64,000 nt of DNA, taken from positions 3,846,001 through 3,910,000 of the forward strand of contig CM075996.1 of NCBI GenBank assembly GCA_038087875.1, in the 5' to 3' direction. This document shows, in pieces, positions 49,565 through 62,489 of the stretch. Made by a program: the position numbers and the translations under genes. This stretch comes from Malacoraja senta (lineage: Eukaryota). The first letter of the stretch is position 1, and every line of letters begins with the position of its first letter. Below the pieces are notes generated by a model. It was not told where the DNA came from. It did no database searches and was given only the letters and a program-made list of their open reading frames with translations.

Positions 49565-49866
49565 GGTGGCCAAGCGGTAGAGTCGCTGCCTCACAGCGAA
49601 TGCAGCGCCGGAGACCCGGGTTCGATCCCGACTACGGGCGCCATCTGTACGGAGTTTGTCACCTTCTCCCCGTGACCCGCGTGGGTTTTCTCCGGGATCT
49701 TCGGTTTCCTCCCACACTCCAAAGACGTACAGGTTTGTAGGTTAATTGGCTTGGTAAATGTGAAAATTGTCCCCAGTGGGTGTAGGATAGTGTTAGTGCA
49801 CGGGGATCGCTGGTCGGCGCGGACCGGGTGGGCCGAAGGGCCTGTTTCCGCGCTGTATCTCTAAAC
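49565..49866 (+). mobile_element. Full-length tRNA-derived SINE (HE1/V-SINE-like)
   Basis: Pol III A box (GGTGGCCAAGCGG) and B box (GGTTCGATCCC), V-SINE-like core (GGAGTTTG..TTCTCCCCGTG..GGTTTCCTCCCAC..CCAAAGAC), CR1-like tail GGGCCGAAGGGCCTGTTTCC, (CTAAA)n end. Confidence 0.9.
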
Positions 49867-50778
49867 TCTACTGAACTCGAAATAACCAGAGTAACTCAGA
49901 AGGTCAGCCAGCATCTCTGGAGGACCTTGGATAGGTACCATTTCGGGTCAGGACCCTTCTACAGACGGCATCAGTTTCATGCACGCCTCCTCTGACATTA
50001 TAATATTAAGGTCATACGGTATAGAAACAGGCCCTTCAGCCCACCATGCCCATTCTGCTTGTTGTATCTACCTACACTAACCCCATTTGCTCGCATGAGG
50101 TCGGTGGCCTTCTTTGCTTTAATGATTCATGTGCTGGTTAAATGCTGTGAGCGTATCTGCCCTAGCCGCCTCTTCACGCAGCTCATTTCAGACAAAACCA
50201 CCCCCTCCGTGCTCTCTGCCGTTCAGACACATCTTTCCCGTAGTGCGGCAGCCAGCACTGCATGCAACACTCCAGCTCCACCAACGTTGCAACGTGACAT
50301 GTGTAGGAAGGAACTCAAGATGCTGGTTGACACGGAGGAGGGACACAAAAAAAAAGCTCGGCGGGACAGGCAGCATCTCTGGAGAAAAGGAATGGGCGAC
50401 GTCTCGGGTCGAGGCCCTTCTTCAGACTGTGAATCAGGGGAAGCGGGAGACTAGAGATAAGGAAGGATAAGGTGTGAAAACGACAGATCACACACCTTAC
50501 CCAACCACATTTCTACAGTCAGAAGAAGGGTCTCAACCTGAATCACCGGCCATTCTTCTCCCCAGAGATGCTGCCAGTCCCGCAGAGTTACTCCAGCATT
50601 TTGTAACATGACATCCCTGCCCATACATTCTATGCCACAACTGATGGAAGACAAGCATCCCAAATACATTGTTTACAGTATTCACCTGCGCTGCCACTTT
50701 TAGGGATTCACGGCCACTTTCAGCGATTTATAGATTTGTACCCCAAGGTCCCTCTGTTCATCAAGACCCCCCCCCCCC

Positions 50779-51060
50779 CCAAGACCTCAACGGTGGAACA
50801 GGCGAAGGACGATGGCTGACCTTAGTGGAGCGTCACGACGGCTGGGAAGGCGGATGAAGGCTGCAGCAGAAAAGGGTCTCCAGTCGTCTTGGACTCCATG
50901 CCAATGGATCCTGACCCAGATCTGTCAAGGACCGTGGGGTGGCTGTCTGTGCACCAGTCTCCCCACGTTGAACAAAGTCACGCACAGGCGTCCTCCATAT
51001 AGGGAATAGCACCCTGGAGACACCCATGGGCAGCCATGGCCGAAGGGGGCCTAAGAAGAT
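50779..51060 (+). mobile_element. 5'-truncated copy of the same RTE-related element (lacks the ribozyme region; different 3' tail)
   Basis: High identity to 43763-43972 (GACCTC.ACGGTGGAACA..GACGATGGCTGACCTTAGTGGAGCGTCAC..AAAGTCACGCAC). Confidence 0.85.
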
Positions 51061-52702
51061 AGCTCTACCATTTACTCGAATGTCAATAGACAATAGACAA
51101 TAGGTGCAGGAGTAGGCCATTTGGCCCTTTCGAGCCAGCACCGCCATTCAATGTGATCATGCCTGATCATCCCCAATCAGTACCCCCGTTCCTGCCTTCT
51201 CCCCATATCCCCTGACTCCGCTATTTTTAAGAGCCCTATCTAGCTCTCTCTTGAAAGCATCCAGAGAACCTGCCTCCACCGCCCTCTGAGGCAGAGAATT
51301 CCACAGACTCACCACTCTCTGTGAGGAAAAAGTGTTTCCTCATCTCTGTTCTAAATGGCTTACTCCTTATTCTTAAACTGTGGCCCCTGGTTCTGGACTC
51401 CCCCAAATTGTCCTAACATTTTTTTGCCTCCTGAAATGTTTCACATTGAACTTGTCAGAATTAACTTCCATTTTCTCAGGGAGTGTCCCGAGCCCAAAAC
51501 GTCACCCATGCCTTTTCGCCGGTCATGGTGCCCGACCCGCTGAGTTCCTCCAGCACTTTCTGTCTACCTTCCATCTTCACATTGGTCGGCCAAACTTGCA
51601 GCCGATGGGTATCGTAGCAAAATATTGAAACTGCTTCTTTATCTGTCTCACTCTACGGTTAGGCTGGGGCAAAAATACAGTAAACATTCGGGGACATTTA
51701 GGAAAACAAAGTTGTGGTTTATTGCAAAGTTGGGTGGATTTGACAGCATGTGGTGGCTGGGATAGTGAAGATGCTAAATCAATACTTTCAAGAGAGAGCT
51801 AGATAGGGCTCAAAGATAGCTGAGTCAGGGGATATGGGGAGAAGGCAGGAACGGGGATTGGGGATGATCAGCCATGATCACATTGAATGGCGGTGCTGGC
51901 TCGAAGGGCCGAATGGCCTACTCCTGCACCTATTGTCTAGTGTCTATAATTGGGCGGCTGTTGTGTTGCTGCCATACAGCACCTGCAGCGCCAGGGCCCC
52001 AGGTTCAATCCTGACTAAGTATGGAGTTTGTACGTTCTCCCCGTGACCCGCGAGGGTTTTGTCCGAGATCTTCGGTTTCCTCCCGCACTCCAAAGACGTA
52101 CAGGTTTGTGGGTTCATTGGCGTGGTGTATTGTGTAAATTGTCCCGTGTGTGTGTGCGTGTGTAGGGTAGGGTTAATGTGTGGGGATCGCTGGTCACCAC
52201 GGACTCGGTGGGCTGAAGGGCCTGTTTCTGTGCTGCATCTCTAAACTAAACAATTCCTAGTCGGTCTGCTCAACCTCCCTCAGGCTGCCTCCAAACCCTG
52301 TGGAGCTCACCTCACATCTGCTTTCAACCGAATTCTTATCAAATTTCAAGAATCTATGAAGCAACGAGTTCCAGGAACTTCAGCAGGTTCCTAGTTGACT
52401 GATGGAGGGGAACCTGCACATTTAGTTCAGCAGTGTCAGTTCAATTTTACCATGAACATCCAGGAAGTTGACATATTCTGTTGTAAGAAATCTGCTGCAT
52501 GTAAGAATTGCATTGTCCTATCTGGGACAATTGACAATAAAACACTCTTGATGTCCCTTGACTCTTGGATGTCTCCGAGGTTTGGTCCCTGATCTGTCCT
52601 TGGTTAGTTGTTGCTGGCTCAGCCAATTCCTCCCGGCAGCATGTGGCAAAATGGGATAAGTCAAGGGTCCAAGAGCATTATTGCTATCTACAGATATTCC
52701 TA

Positions 52703-53089
52703 AGCCCTGTCCCACTTAGGAGACCTAAACAGCAACCTCTGGTGACCTTGCCGCCACCCAAGGTTTCCATGTGGTCACCGGAGGTTTTGGCCACTCTCCC
52801 TAATGGCCGAAAGTGGTTTCCGCGTGGTCGAGGCTTCATCTAGGTTGCTGCTATTTTTCCATCATGAATAAAACCGGCCTTGACTAAAAATAGGTTGCCG
52901 TTTTAAAAATCTATCATTTTTTAGTCGCATGTCTAGTCGAAGCCGGGTTTCTTCATAGTCGAGGAAGGTTTTCAACATATGCGTGGGAGGTGGTAGGAGG
53001 TTGCAGGTCAACTCGACCTTGATTTTTTTTTGGGTGGCGGGCAAGGTCACCAGAGGTTGCTGTTTAGGTCTCTTAAGTGGGACAGGCCC
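52703..53089. mobile_element. MITE with ~58-bp TIRs (PIF/Harbinger-like)
   Basis: Left end GCCCTGTCCCACTTAGGAGACCTAAACAGCAACCTCTGGTGACCTTGCC.. is mirrored by ..GGCAAGGTCACCAGAGGTTGCTGTTTAGGTCTCTTAAGTGGGACAGGCC. No coding capacity. The superfamily is inferred from the termini only. Confidence 0.85.
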
Positions 53090-55097
53090 TCAATGGTACG
53101 ATACTTTATTTGTCACACGTCGCAAGGTGCAGTGAAATTAATTTGTGTGCACTGTTCAGTACAAGTATCACTATACATAAGCACTTAAGATATTCTTACT
53201 GATATGACCTTGAATTTGGCAATACCAAATTATGGCGCTCTTCCACACCCAGACAGACTCACAAACGCAAATCACCCCCGAGAATGGATTCAACGCCTTT
53301 ATTCATTCAGATGAGTGCATCCAGGATGGGGATAGACAAATGAAGTCTGATGAAGGGTCTCGACCCAAAACGTCACCTAATCCTTTTCGCCAGAGCTGCT
53401 GCCTGACCCGCTGAGTCATCAGGTCATAAGTGCTAGGAGCAGAATTAGGCCATTCGGCCCATCAAGTCTACTCTGCCATTCAATCATGGCTGACCTATCC
53501 CTCCCTCCTAACCCCATTCTCCTGCCTTCTCCCCATAACCCCTGACATCCGTTCTAATCAAGAATCCATCTATCTTTGCCTTAAAAATATCCATTGACTT
53601 GGCCTCCACAGACTTCCGTGGCATGAAATTCCACAGATTCACCACCCTCTGATTAAAGAAATTCCTCCTCATCTCTTTCCTAAAGGAATGTCCTTTAGTT
53701 CTGAGGCTGTGAAACTCTCCCACTCCCATTCCGTCATCTTAACTATTCGGTACGTTATGTCGATAACGTCTACCTTTGTGTCTATCTTCGGTGCAAACCA
53801 GCATCTGCGGTTCCTTCCTACACTTCCAGTTCGGGGAATGGTCACAGCACAAAAGCAGTCTTTTGGCCTGTCGAGGGCAGACCAAGCAGCGTTATGCAAG
53901 ATCACCCGAGCTCACTCCACTCCCTGAACTTCCGCCCCGCACCCTGCATCCAGGATGGGGAAGCTGGGTCACATACTGACCCGGCTTCCTTTTGATCGCC
54001 ACCACTGAATCTACAACTACCGCTGCATTCCAGAACCCGACCACTCTCTTTGTCTCAAATAATGGTCCTTGCACCCAGAAGCTAAGCATGCAGTGACCAG
54101 AACAACCACAAAGCCATGTCATGTGATCAGGGTCGGAGATTAGTACAACTTTATCTTGCGCTAAAAATTATTCACGGTATTCCCTTTTATAATGTATCTG
54201 TACAATGTGAATGGCTCGATTGTAATCATGTATTGTCTTTCCGCTGGCTGGTTAGCACGCAACAAAAAGCTTTTCACTGTTCCTCGGTACACGTGACAAT
54301 AAACTGAACTCAAACTGTTACAAATATCTTGAAGCATAAGAGGGCTCTGTCTTACCTGTTTGCGGTCATCGGCGGTGAAGCGCGGCGTCGCCGGTAGCAG
54401 GGACCGCACGGCAACGGTGAGAGCGGCGAGCCTATCCACTGGAGCGCCGCACGGATGCTGCGCGGGGGCCGAGTAATTCAAACACGGCGGGTCCCACGTG
54501 CTTGCGGTAAGTAAAAAAAAGGGCGGGCTGACTGCGATGACGTCGGCCCGCCGCACGTGACTCACCAGCGGCGGCTGTGGCGGCGGCCGTCCTGATCGCG
54601 GCGCTGTAGCGGTGGCTGTGCCTGCGGCCGTGCCGCACACGTGCCTCACTGGCGGAGGCTGTGGCAGTGGAGGTTTGACGCACGGCGCTCGAGCCACACT
54701 GGCGACGGCCCGTGCGGGCGGCCGTGCCGCACTCGTGCATCACTGGTGGAGGTTGTGCGGTAAGATTATAGTTTTCAACATTGTCGGTTTTATTTTAGCA
54801 CCGTGCGGTGTTGGGAACACCACCGCACGGCCCCGGAATTGTACGTTCTCACGAGTGCGCGGTCTATGGCGGCAGATTCTTCCCGTTTCGCCGCCAATGA
54901 CCGCAGACTCGTGAGACAGGCCTTTAACACTCCAACGAAGAAGGATCCAGAAACATAACGCCACCTCTCCATGTTCTCCAGTGTTGCTGCCCCGACCTGC
55001 TGAGTTACTCCAGCATTTTATGTCTTTCATTGGTAAACCAGATTCTGCCAGAACCAGAACCAGTTCCTTGTTTCTACACTCCACTTAAGGCCATTTT

Positions 55098-55421
55098 TAG
55101 TTTAGTGTAGTTTAGTTTAGTGATACAGCGCGGAAACAGGCCCTTCGGCCCACCGAGTCCGCACCAACCAGCGATCCCCGCACATTAACACTATCCTACA
55201 CACACTAGGGACAATCTACACCTACCAAGCCAATACACCTACACACCTGTACATCTTTGGAGTGCGGGAGGAAACCGAAGATCTTGGCGAAAACCCACGC
55301 GGTCACGGGGAGAACGTACAAACTCCGTACGGACAGCACCCGTAGTCGGGATCGAACCCGGGTCTCTAGCGCTGCAAGCGCTGTAAGGCAGCCACTCTAC
55401 CGCTGCTCCACCGTGCCGCCC
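55098..55421 (-). mobile_element. Full-length tRNA-derived SINE (HE1/V-SINE-like)
   Basis: Same structure. More copies lie at ~1-208(+), 1998-2210(+), 3474-4290 (cluster), 8586-8878(+), 23855-24160(-), 26144-26436(-), 31185-31490(-), 46168-46680(+), 46997-47260(+) and 51950-52250(+). Confidence 0.9.
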
Positions 55422-56019
55422 TATATTTTGCTGTCAGCATTGGTGTAAAACTGTTGAAATTGACTCTGCTGCCTGTTTGATACCACACTCTGCTCTTAAT
55501 CCATTGAAGTCATTGCAGATAGACACAAAACGCTGGAGTAACTCAGCGGGACGGGCAGCATCTCAGGAGAGAAGGAATGGGTGACGTTTCGGGTCGAGAC
55601 CCGTCTTCAGACTGATGTCAGGGGAGTGGGCGGGACAGAGATAAAATGTAGTCGGGGGACAGTAAGACTGGTCGGAGAAATGGGAAGGGGGAGGGGATGG
55701 AGAGAGAGGGAAAGCGAGGGCTATTTGAAGTTGGAGAAGTCATTGCAGAGTTGCTCAAGAAACAGTTGATTGAATATTCACCATTATGTAATCAGTCAAA
55801 TTCAATAGTCAGCATTGCAGGAGTTTTGAAAGAGTTCCTCATTTTGCACAAAGTGGAGATATTTCATGATCTCTACATTCAATTTTCACCCATGTTCTGA
55901 GTATTTCCACAAATTATTCGTATTTCTCTTCACAATTTCACATTTTTAATTTCACCTTGTTTCTCTCGGTCTTTGGTCGGATGGAGACAACTTACAGATG
56001 TTTTCCCAGAACCTCTGCA

Positions 56020-56410
56020 AATACTGGTACATGTACATGGTCTTTTTTTTTTTATTATTTAAAAGGGAACTAGAAGGGAAAAAGTGAGAAGTGAAAAGAT
56101 AGCTCGAAATAGACCAAAGAAAAGACCCAAAGTAGTGTGGCCAAAAGATATAGAGATAAAAAAAGAGAAAGAGAAAGGTGGAGATATACCTGCCCCTCGT
56201 CCCCCCCCCCCCCCCCCCCCCCCCACCTCACCCAGCCCGGCATTTAAATTTGTGTTGTACCATGCTATTCTTGTAAGAATTCGGTGAAGGGTGTCCATGT
56301 CTTGAGAAATTGATCTGTTTTTTTCCGCCGAAACAAACCTGATGTTTTCCAAATGTAGTGTCTCGGACATGTCTGTGATCTACATCTTCACTGTAGGGAC
56401 TGTTGTCTGT
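56020..56410 (-). mobile_element. L1-clade LINE 3' fragment
   Basis: The minus strand reads VPTVKM*ITDMSETLHLENIRF..FLKTWTPF, typical of non-mammalian L1 ORF2 ends, followed by a G-rich/pyrimidine-rich UTR and AATAAAAAAA. Confidence 0.65.
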
Positions 56411-57505
56411 ACAAGGTCATAAATGAGAGGAGCAGAATTAGGCCATTCGGCCCATCAAGTCTACTGCGCATTCAATCATGCCTGATCTATCTCTCCCTCC
56501 TAACCCCATTCCCCTGATGTATCTCCAAACTAAACTGAACTAAACTAATCTTTAAGGGCCCTGAGGAAAAGAATACTTGGACAACGTCAACCCAGTTCAT
56601 ATTGCACAACTCACCAAGGCTTCTTTTGACAGCAGCTTCCTATCACGAGGATGATGCAAAGGAGTCAAAGGTCAACTGGTCCATGGAAGCCAAGAGCCAA
56701 GTCGATGACTACATGAAGTGTCACAACGTGGGCATACAACAAATCCTCATAAGGTCATGAGTGATAGGTGTAGAATTAGGCCATTCGGCCCATCAAGTCT
56801 ACTCCGCCATTCGATCAGGGCTGATCTGTCTCTCCCTCCTAACCCCATTCTCCTGCCTTCTCCCCATAACCCCTGACACCCGTACTAATCAAATATCTAC
56901 CTATCCCTGCCTTAAAAATATCCATTGACTTGGCCTCCACAGCCTTCTCTATGAGACACAATACAAACACCGACATCATGTTAGATCTGTCCCACTCCTG
57001 GAATCTTAAGATAAATATTGACGCACTGTACGCACACACATATAAATACTGACCCATTCCAGGGACCACATTATAAAGGTTGGTGTATTCAGAGGACACC
57101 CTCCCATATAAACGCTGTTGCATGCCGGGACCCATGTATAAAAAATGTCACACTTCATAAGTTCATATGTGATAGGAGCAGAATTAGACCATCACATCTA
57201 TCCACCATTCAATCATGGCTGATCTATCTCTCCCTCCTAACCCCGTTCTCCTGCCTTCTCCCCATAACCCCTGACACCCGTACTAATCAAGAATCTATCT
57301 ATCTCTGCCTTAGAAATATCCATTGACTTGGCTTCCACAGCCTTCGGTGGTCATGAATTCCACAGATTCACCGCCCTCCGACCCACTTCTGGGACCCCCC
57401 CCGTGTAAACCCTGCCGTGCTCCCGGCACTCTCACACTCGCTGATCCCAGTGCACTCTCAGGACACTTGTGCAAACACTCTTGCACTCCCAGGGAGTGCA
57501 AAATC

Positions 57506-57908
57506 TTAGTCCGACCCTATTGATTTTTGGGCACCCGGTACAGAGGGGGGAGGGTCGGCAGGGAGGAGGGGGGTCTCCCTGTCGGTCTGCTCCTGGGCCT
57601 GGCCAAGATGGCCATTCGCGGGTCCAGACAGCGGGCAGTCGACAGCCGCACAGCGGTCGGCTGCCTGCCCCTCTTCCGGGGTTACGTCCGTGCCCGCGTG
57701 TCCCTGGAGAGGGAACACGCGGTGACTCTGGAGGCCTTCCTGAACGCTGGTCGCCGCGGGAGGTCGAATGTATTGTTGATAAAAATGTTAATATTTTAAT
57801 ATGATAACTTTGTTTGTAAAATGCCAATATAGGCATTCTTTGATCGTGTTACTACTTAGTATTTGTGTTTGTTCTGAATAAAAGCATTTTGTATGGGGGG
57901 AAAAAAAA
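57506..57908 (+). mobile_element. Tx1/L1-clade LINE 3' fragment
   Basis: SPTLLIFGHPV..GLLLGLAKMAI..CLPLFRGYVRARVSLEREH..ERW, then AATAAA and an A-tail. Degenerate TSD GGGAGTGCAAAATC / GGGAATGCAAATC. Confidence 0.8.
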
Positions 57909-59855
57909 GGGAATGCAAATCCTCCTGGAACCTCCTATGTACAGTAAATACGGCCCCAAACAGTGGATGAGTCAACAAGGTTAGAGCACGGGGGATTTGG
58001 AGGTAATAAACCAGTTTGAAAATAGTTTTTTGGATAGAAAGTCAAGGGTGAGAATGGGTGAACCTCTCACAAGTTGGCAGGCTGTGTGCACTAGGACACT
58101 GCATTACATGTTTGTTAATATGTAGATAGCGTACTGCCATTAACAGGCAACTGTTAATCATCCTACTACAACCAGAGAGCAGTGCTGAACTACTTGACCA
58201 GACTTTGCTGGCTTTACCTTGCACCCCCTTATCCCCTTATCATTTCATCTATACACTGTATACAATGACAAATAAAGGAATCTCTAATCTCTAATCTCTA
58301 AACGGCTAATTATCGTGTATTGTCTTCCTGCTGACAGGTTAGCACGCAACAAAAGGTTTTCACTGTACCTCGGTACACGTGACAAAAGACTAAATTGAAC
58401 TTTCTTCTCCTCCCACCCCCCATCAGTCTGAAGAAGGGTTTCGGCCCGAAACGTTGCCTATTTCCTTCGCTCCATAGATGCTGCTGCACCCGCTGAGTTT
58501 CTCCAGCATTTTTGTGTCTACCTGGGATTTTCCAGCATCTGCAGTTCCTTCTGAAACACTAAATTAAACTTTTTTATTGAATGTGAAGTTAGTTATTTGT
58601 CCTCTGGCATAAGGGTGCATAGGTAGTTTAGATAGTACTTTGGCATTGGTTTTCTTGGTTGAGCACTTACTTATCCTGGTGTTTCAGCACAAGCACTTTG
58701 TTTTTATAACAGTAATATAATATCAAAATCATTTGGCTGATAGGGTCTCCAAGTTGATGTGGGAAAGGAGGAGAATTTAAAAACTTGGGACTATCCTCGA
58801 TCGGACTTTGCTGGCTTCACCTCGACACACTTCGTAAAGACTAAAGCTGTAGTTGTGCCTTCCACCACCTCAAACACCCATAAATCATGAACCAGAGAGC
58901 AGTGTTGAACTACTATCTACCTCTTTGGTGACCCTCGAACTGTCCTTGATCGGACTTTGCTGGCTCTACCTACCTTGCATTAAACATTATTCCCTCATCA
59001 TGTGTCTATACACTGTAAACGGCTCGATTGTCATCATGTGTTGTCTTTCTGCCGACTGGTTAGCACGCAACAAAAGCTTTTCACTGTACCTCGGTACACG
59101 CGGCAATAAACTAAACTGAACAGGGACATGGTTGATGAAATATAATGTCGGAAATGTGAGGTCATCCACTCCAGTGCATGGAACAGTAAGGCAGATTATT
59201 TGTTAAATGGTAAAAGATGTATGTTGATGTTGACTGGGTACTGAGGTGTACGTACACAGTAGACTCTTGATCGTGCGGATAGGCTCGGGGTACAGGATCA
59301 TATGGATCAGTTATATAACCATAACATCACGGAAACAGGCCATCTCGGCCCTTCAAGTCCGTGCCGAACAGTTGGTTCATTGGGCAGAGCAATGGCAGAT
59401 GGAGATGAATTTTAGGTGAGAGGATGATGCTCTCACCAAAGATAGACATAACTACCTCTTCTGGCAGCTTGTTCCATAGACCCACCACCCTCTGTGTGGA
59501 AAAGTTACCCCTCTGATTCCTATTAAATCTTTTCCCCCTTCACCTTGAACCTGTGTCCTCTGGTCCTCGATTCAATAGACAATAGGTGCAGGAGTAGGCC
59601 ATTCGGCACCGAGCTAGTACCTACTCTGGACAAGATTCACCTACTCTGGACAAGAGACTCTGTGCCTGCCCGATCTATTCCTCTCATTATTTTATACACG
59701 GGTTGGCACTGATCCGCTCATACCCACCGCCTCTAACCCCGGCATCCTGGGGAAATGGAGTCGTCTCTACTGACTGCACTTTGCGGATACCAGCATACTA
59801 TACCACCGGTCACTATACCCACGGTGTGTAGGAACGAACTGCAGATGCTGGTTTT

Positions 59856-60254
59856 CACTGAAGATAAACACAAAATGCTGGAGTAACTCAGCGGGACAGG
59901 CAACATACACTGAATATAGACACAAAATGCTGGAGAAACTCAGTGGGTCAGGCAACATACACTGAAGATAGACACAAAATGCTGGAGAAACTCAGTGGGG
60001 ACAGGCAGCATACACCAAAGATGGATACAAAATGCTGGACTAACTCAGTGGGTCAGGGAGCATACACTGCAGATAGACGCAGAATGCTGGAGTAACTCAG
60101 TGGGTCAGGCAACATATACTGAATATAGACACAAAATGCTGGAGAAACTCAGCGGGACAGGCAACATACACTGAAGATAGACACAAAATGCCGGAGTAAC
60201 TCAGTGGGTCAGGCAACATACACTGCAGATAGACGCAGAATGCTGGAGTAACTC
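59856..60254. repeat. 52-bp minisatellite x ~7.5, inverted relative to the 60872 array
   Basis: Unit CACTGAAGATAGACACAAAATGCTGGAGTAACTCAGTGGGTCAGGCAACATA; period 52 (59901, 59953, 60006, 60058, 60110 ...). Confidence 0.92.
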
Positions 60255-60871
60255 CGTTTACTGGCGGTCCCGGGCACCGCGGGTTTAGACAATACTTGGG
60301 AAGCAAAGGTAGACAAAAGTGCTGGAGAAACTCAGCGGGTGCAGCAGCATATATGGAGCGAAGGAGATAGGCAACGTTTCGGGCCGAAACCCCTTCTTCA
60401 GACTTGGGAAGTAAATGCCGCCTGACCCACTGAGTTAGTTACTCCAGCATTTTGTGTCTATCTTCGGTATGTCCCAGCCTGGGCCGCTCGCTATAAGCCC
60501 AGTGATTCCCATTCCACGCCAGTCCCGCTCTTGTGTATGTGACGGCTCCTCCCGGTGTAGAACTAACTGTCCCCGGGAATATCCCCCCCGTCGTTGTGCA
60601 GGAAAGGAACAGCCCGACGCTGGTTTAAACCGAAGAGAAGACACACAAGATGCTGGAGTAACTCAGCGGGACAGGCAGCATCTCTGGAGACCGGGAACGG
60701 GGTTGGGGGCGAGACAGGTAGGTGCTGCCTGTCCCGCTGAGTTACTCCAGCATTTGGTGTCTCAGCTTCAAAGCAGCATCTGACTGCAGTTCCTTCACAC
60801 ACAAGGTTTCTTTGCAGTCTGAAGAAGGGTCTCGACCCGGAACGTCACCCATTCCTTCTCCCAATAGATGC

Positions 60872-61546
60872 TGCCTGTCCCCACTGAGTTACTCCAGCAG
60901 TTTGTGTCTATCTTCAGTATATGTTGCCTGTCCCCACTGAGTTACTCCAGCATTTTGTGTCTATATTCAGTATATGTTGCCTGTCCCCACTGAGTTACTC
61001 CAGCATTTTGTGTCTATCTTCAGTATATGTTGCCTGTCCCCACTGAGTTACTCCAGCATTTTGTGTCTATCTTCAGTATATGTTGCCTGACCCCACTGAG
61101 TTACTCCAGCAGTTTGTGTCTATCTTCAGTATATGTTGCCTGTCCCCACTGAGTTACTCCAGCATTTTGTGTCTATATTCAGTATATGTTGCCTGTCCCC
61201 ACTGAGTTACTCCAGCATTTTGTGTCTATCTTCAGTATATGTTGCCTGTCCCCACTGAGTTACTCCAGCATTTTGTGTCTATCTTCAGTATATGTTGCCT
61301 GACCCCACTGAGTTACTCCAGCATTTTGTGTCTATCTTCAGTATATGTTGCCTGTCCCCACTGAGTTACTCCAGCAGTTTGTGTCTATATTCAGTATATG
61401 TTGCCTGTCCCCACTGAGTTACTCCAGCATTTTGTGTCTATCTTCAGTATATGTTGCCTGTCCCCACTGAGTTACTCCAGCATTTTGTGTCTATATTCAG
61501 TATATGTTGCCTGTCCCCACTGAGTTACTCCAGCAGTTTGTGTCTA
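60872..61546. repeat. 53-bp minisatellite x ~13
   Basis: Unit TGCCTGTCCCCACTGAGTTACTCCAGCATTTTGTGTCTATCTTCAGTATATGT; starts at 60872, 60925, 60978 ... 61508. Confidence 0.95.
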
Positions 61547-61829
61547 ACTTTAGGGGTAACGTTCGCCTTTCGTGTCTCAGAGACCGGGGGCTGCGGTTCG
61601 CTCCTTTACCAACCCTTGATGCAGATCATTACAGGTTTCTCTTTGAACAATTTTCTTGAAAAATACCTCTTTCTTTGAGATAGAAAAACGCAATTCCGTC
61701 TGAAGAAACGTTTCGGCCCGAAACGTCGCCTATTTCCTTCGCTCCACAGACGCTGCTGCACCCGCTGAGTTTCTCCAGCAGTTTTTGTCTACCTTCGCTT
61801 TTCCAGCATCTGCAGTTCCTTCTTAGACC

Positions 61830-62029
61830 NNNNNNNNNNNNNNNNNNNNNNNNNNNNNNNNNNNNNNNNNNNNNNNNNNNNNNNNNNNNNNNNNNNNNNN
61901 NNNNNNNNNNNNNNNNNNNNNNNNNNNNNNNNNNNNNNNNNNNNNNNNNNNNNNNNNNNNNNNNNNNNNNNNNNNNNNNNNNNNNNNNNNNNNNNNNNNN
62001 NNNNNNNNNNNNNNNNNNNNNNNNNNNNN
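61830..62029. other. Assembly gap (200 N)
   Basis: N-run. Confidence 1.
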
Positions 62030-62172
62030 GAATCCCCCACACCTCGTTTATAGTATTGGAAACTGGAAGAGTCAAGGTTTATGTGTTAAATAAATTCCAA
62101 CACATTTGTCCAATTATATACGTCATTGCTCTTCAGTGTTTATTCCTAAATCAATGTTCCCAGACAACTTAA

Positions 62173-62489
62173 ACCTCTGTCCCACGGTACGAGTTCATTC
62201 CAAGAGCTCTCTCTCCCGAGTTTGCCCTGATTCGAACTCGGAGATTTACGGTAGTGGCCGCTCGTCGGTACTCGGGGCTCTCGTGGACATTTTTCATCAT
62301 GTTGAAAAATCTTCACGAGTCTTCCCGCGCTTACCTGCCGTTATCGAGTCTTCCCGAGTACCTGCCGTTAGCGCCAAGAGACGTCCCTGAACTCCGACGT
62401 ACCCGCTACGTTCATTCTCCGTGCTTACCACGAGTTTGATTTTTTTAAAACTCGGGAGTGCTCTTGGAGTGAACTCGTACCGTGGGACA
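62173..62489. mobile_element. MITE of a related TGTCCCAC-TIR family; right tip clipped by a CR1 tail
   Basis: TGTCCCACGGTACGAGTTCATTCCAAGAGC..CCGAGTTT is mirrored by AAACTCGGGAG.GCTCTTGGAGTGAACTCGTACCGTGGGACA. Confidence 0.85.

Noticed and set aside
49565..49640. tRNA gene (A/B boxes, GGTTCGATCCC)
   Set aside because: It is the tRNA-derived head of a SINE that continues into the SINE body; the same holds for all such hits in the window.
60872..61546. CRISPR-like regular array
   Set aside because: The units are contiguous with no unique spacers, there are no cas genes and the context is eukaryotic; it is a minisatellite. The same applies to the 22-bp array at 32935.
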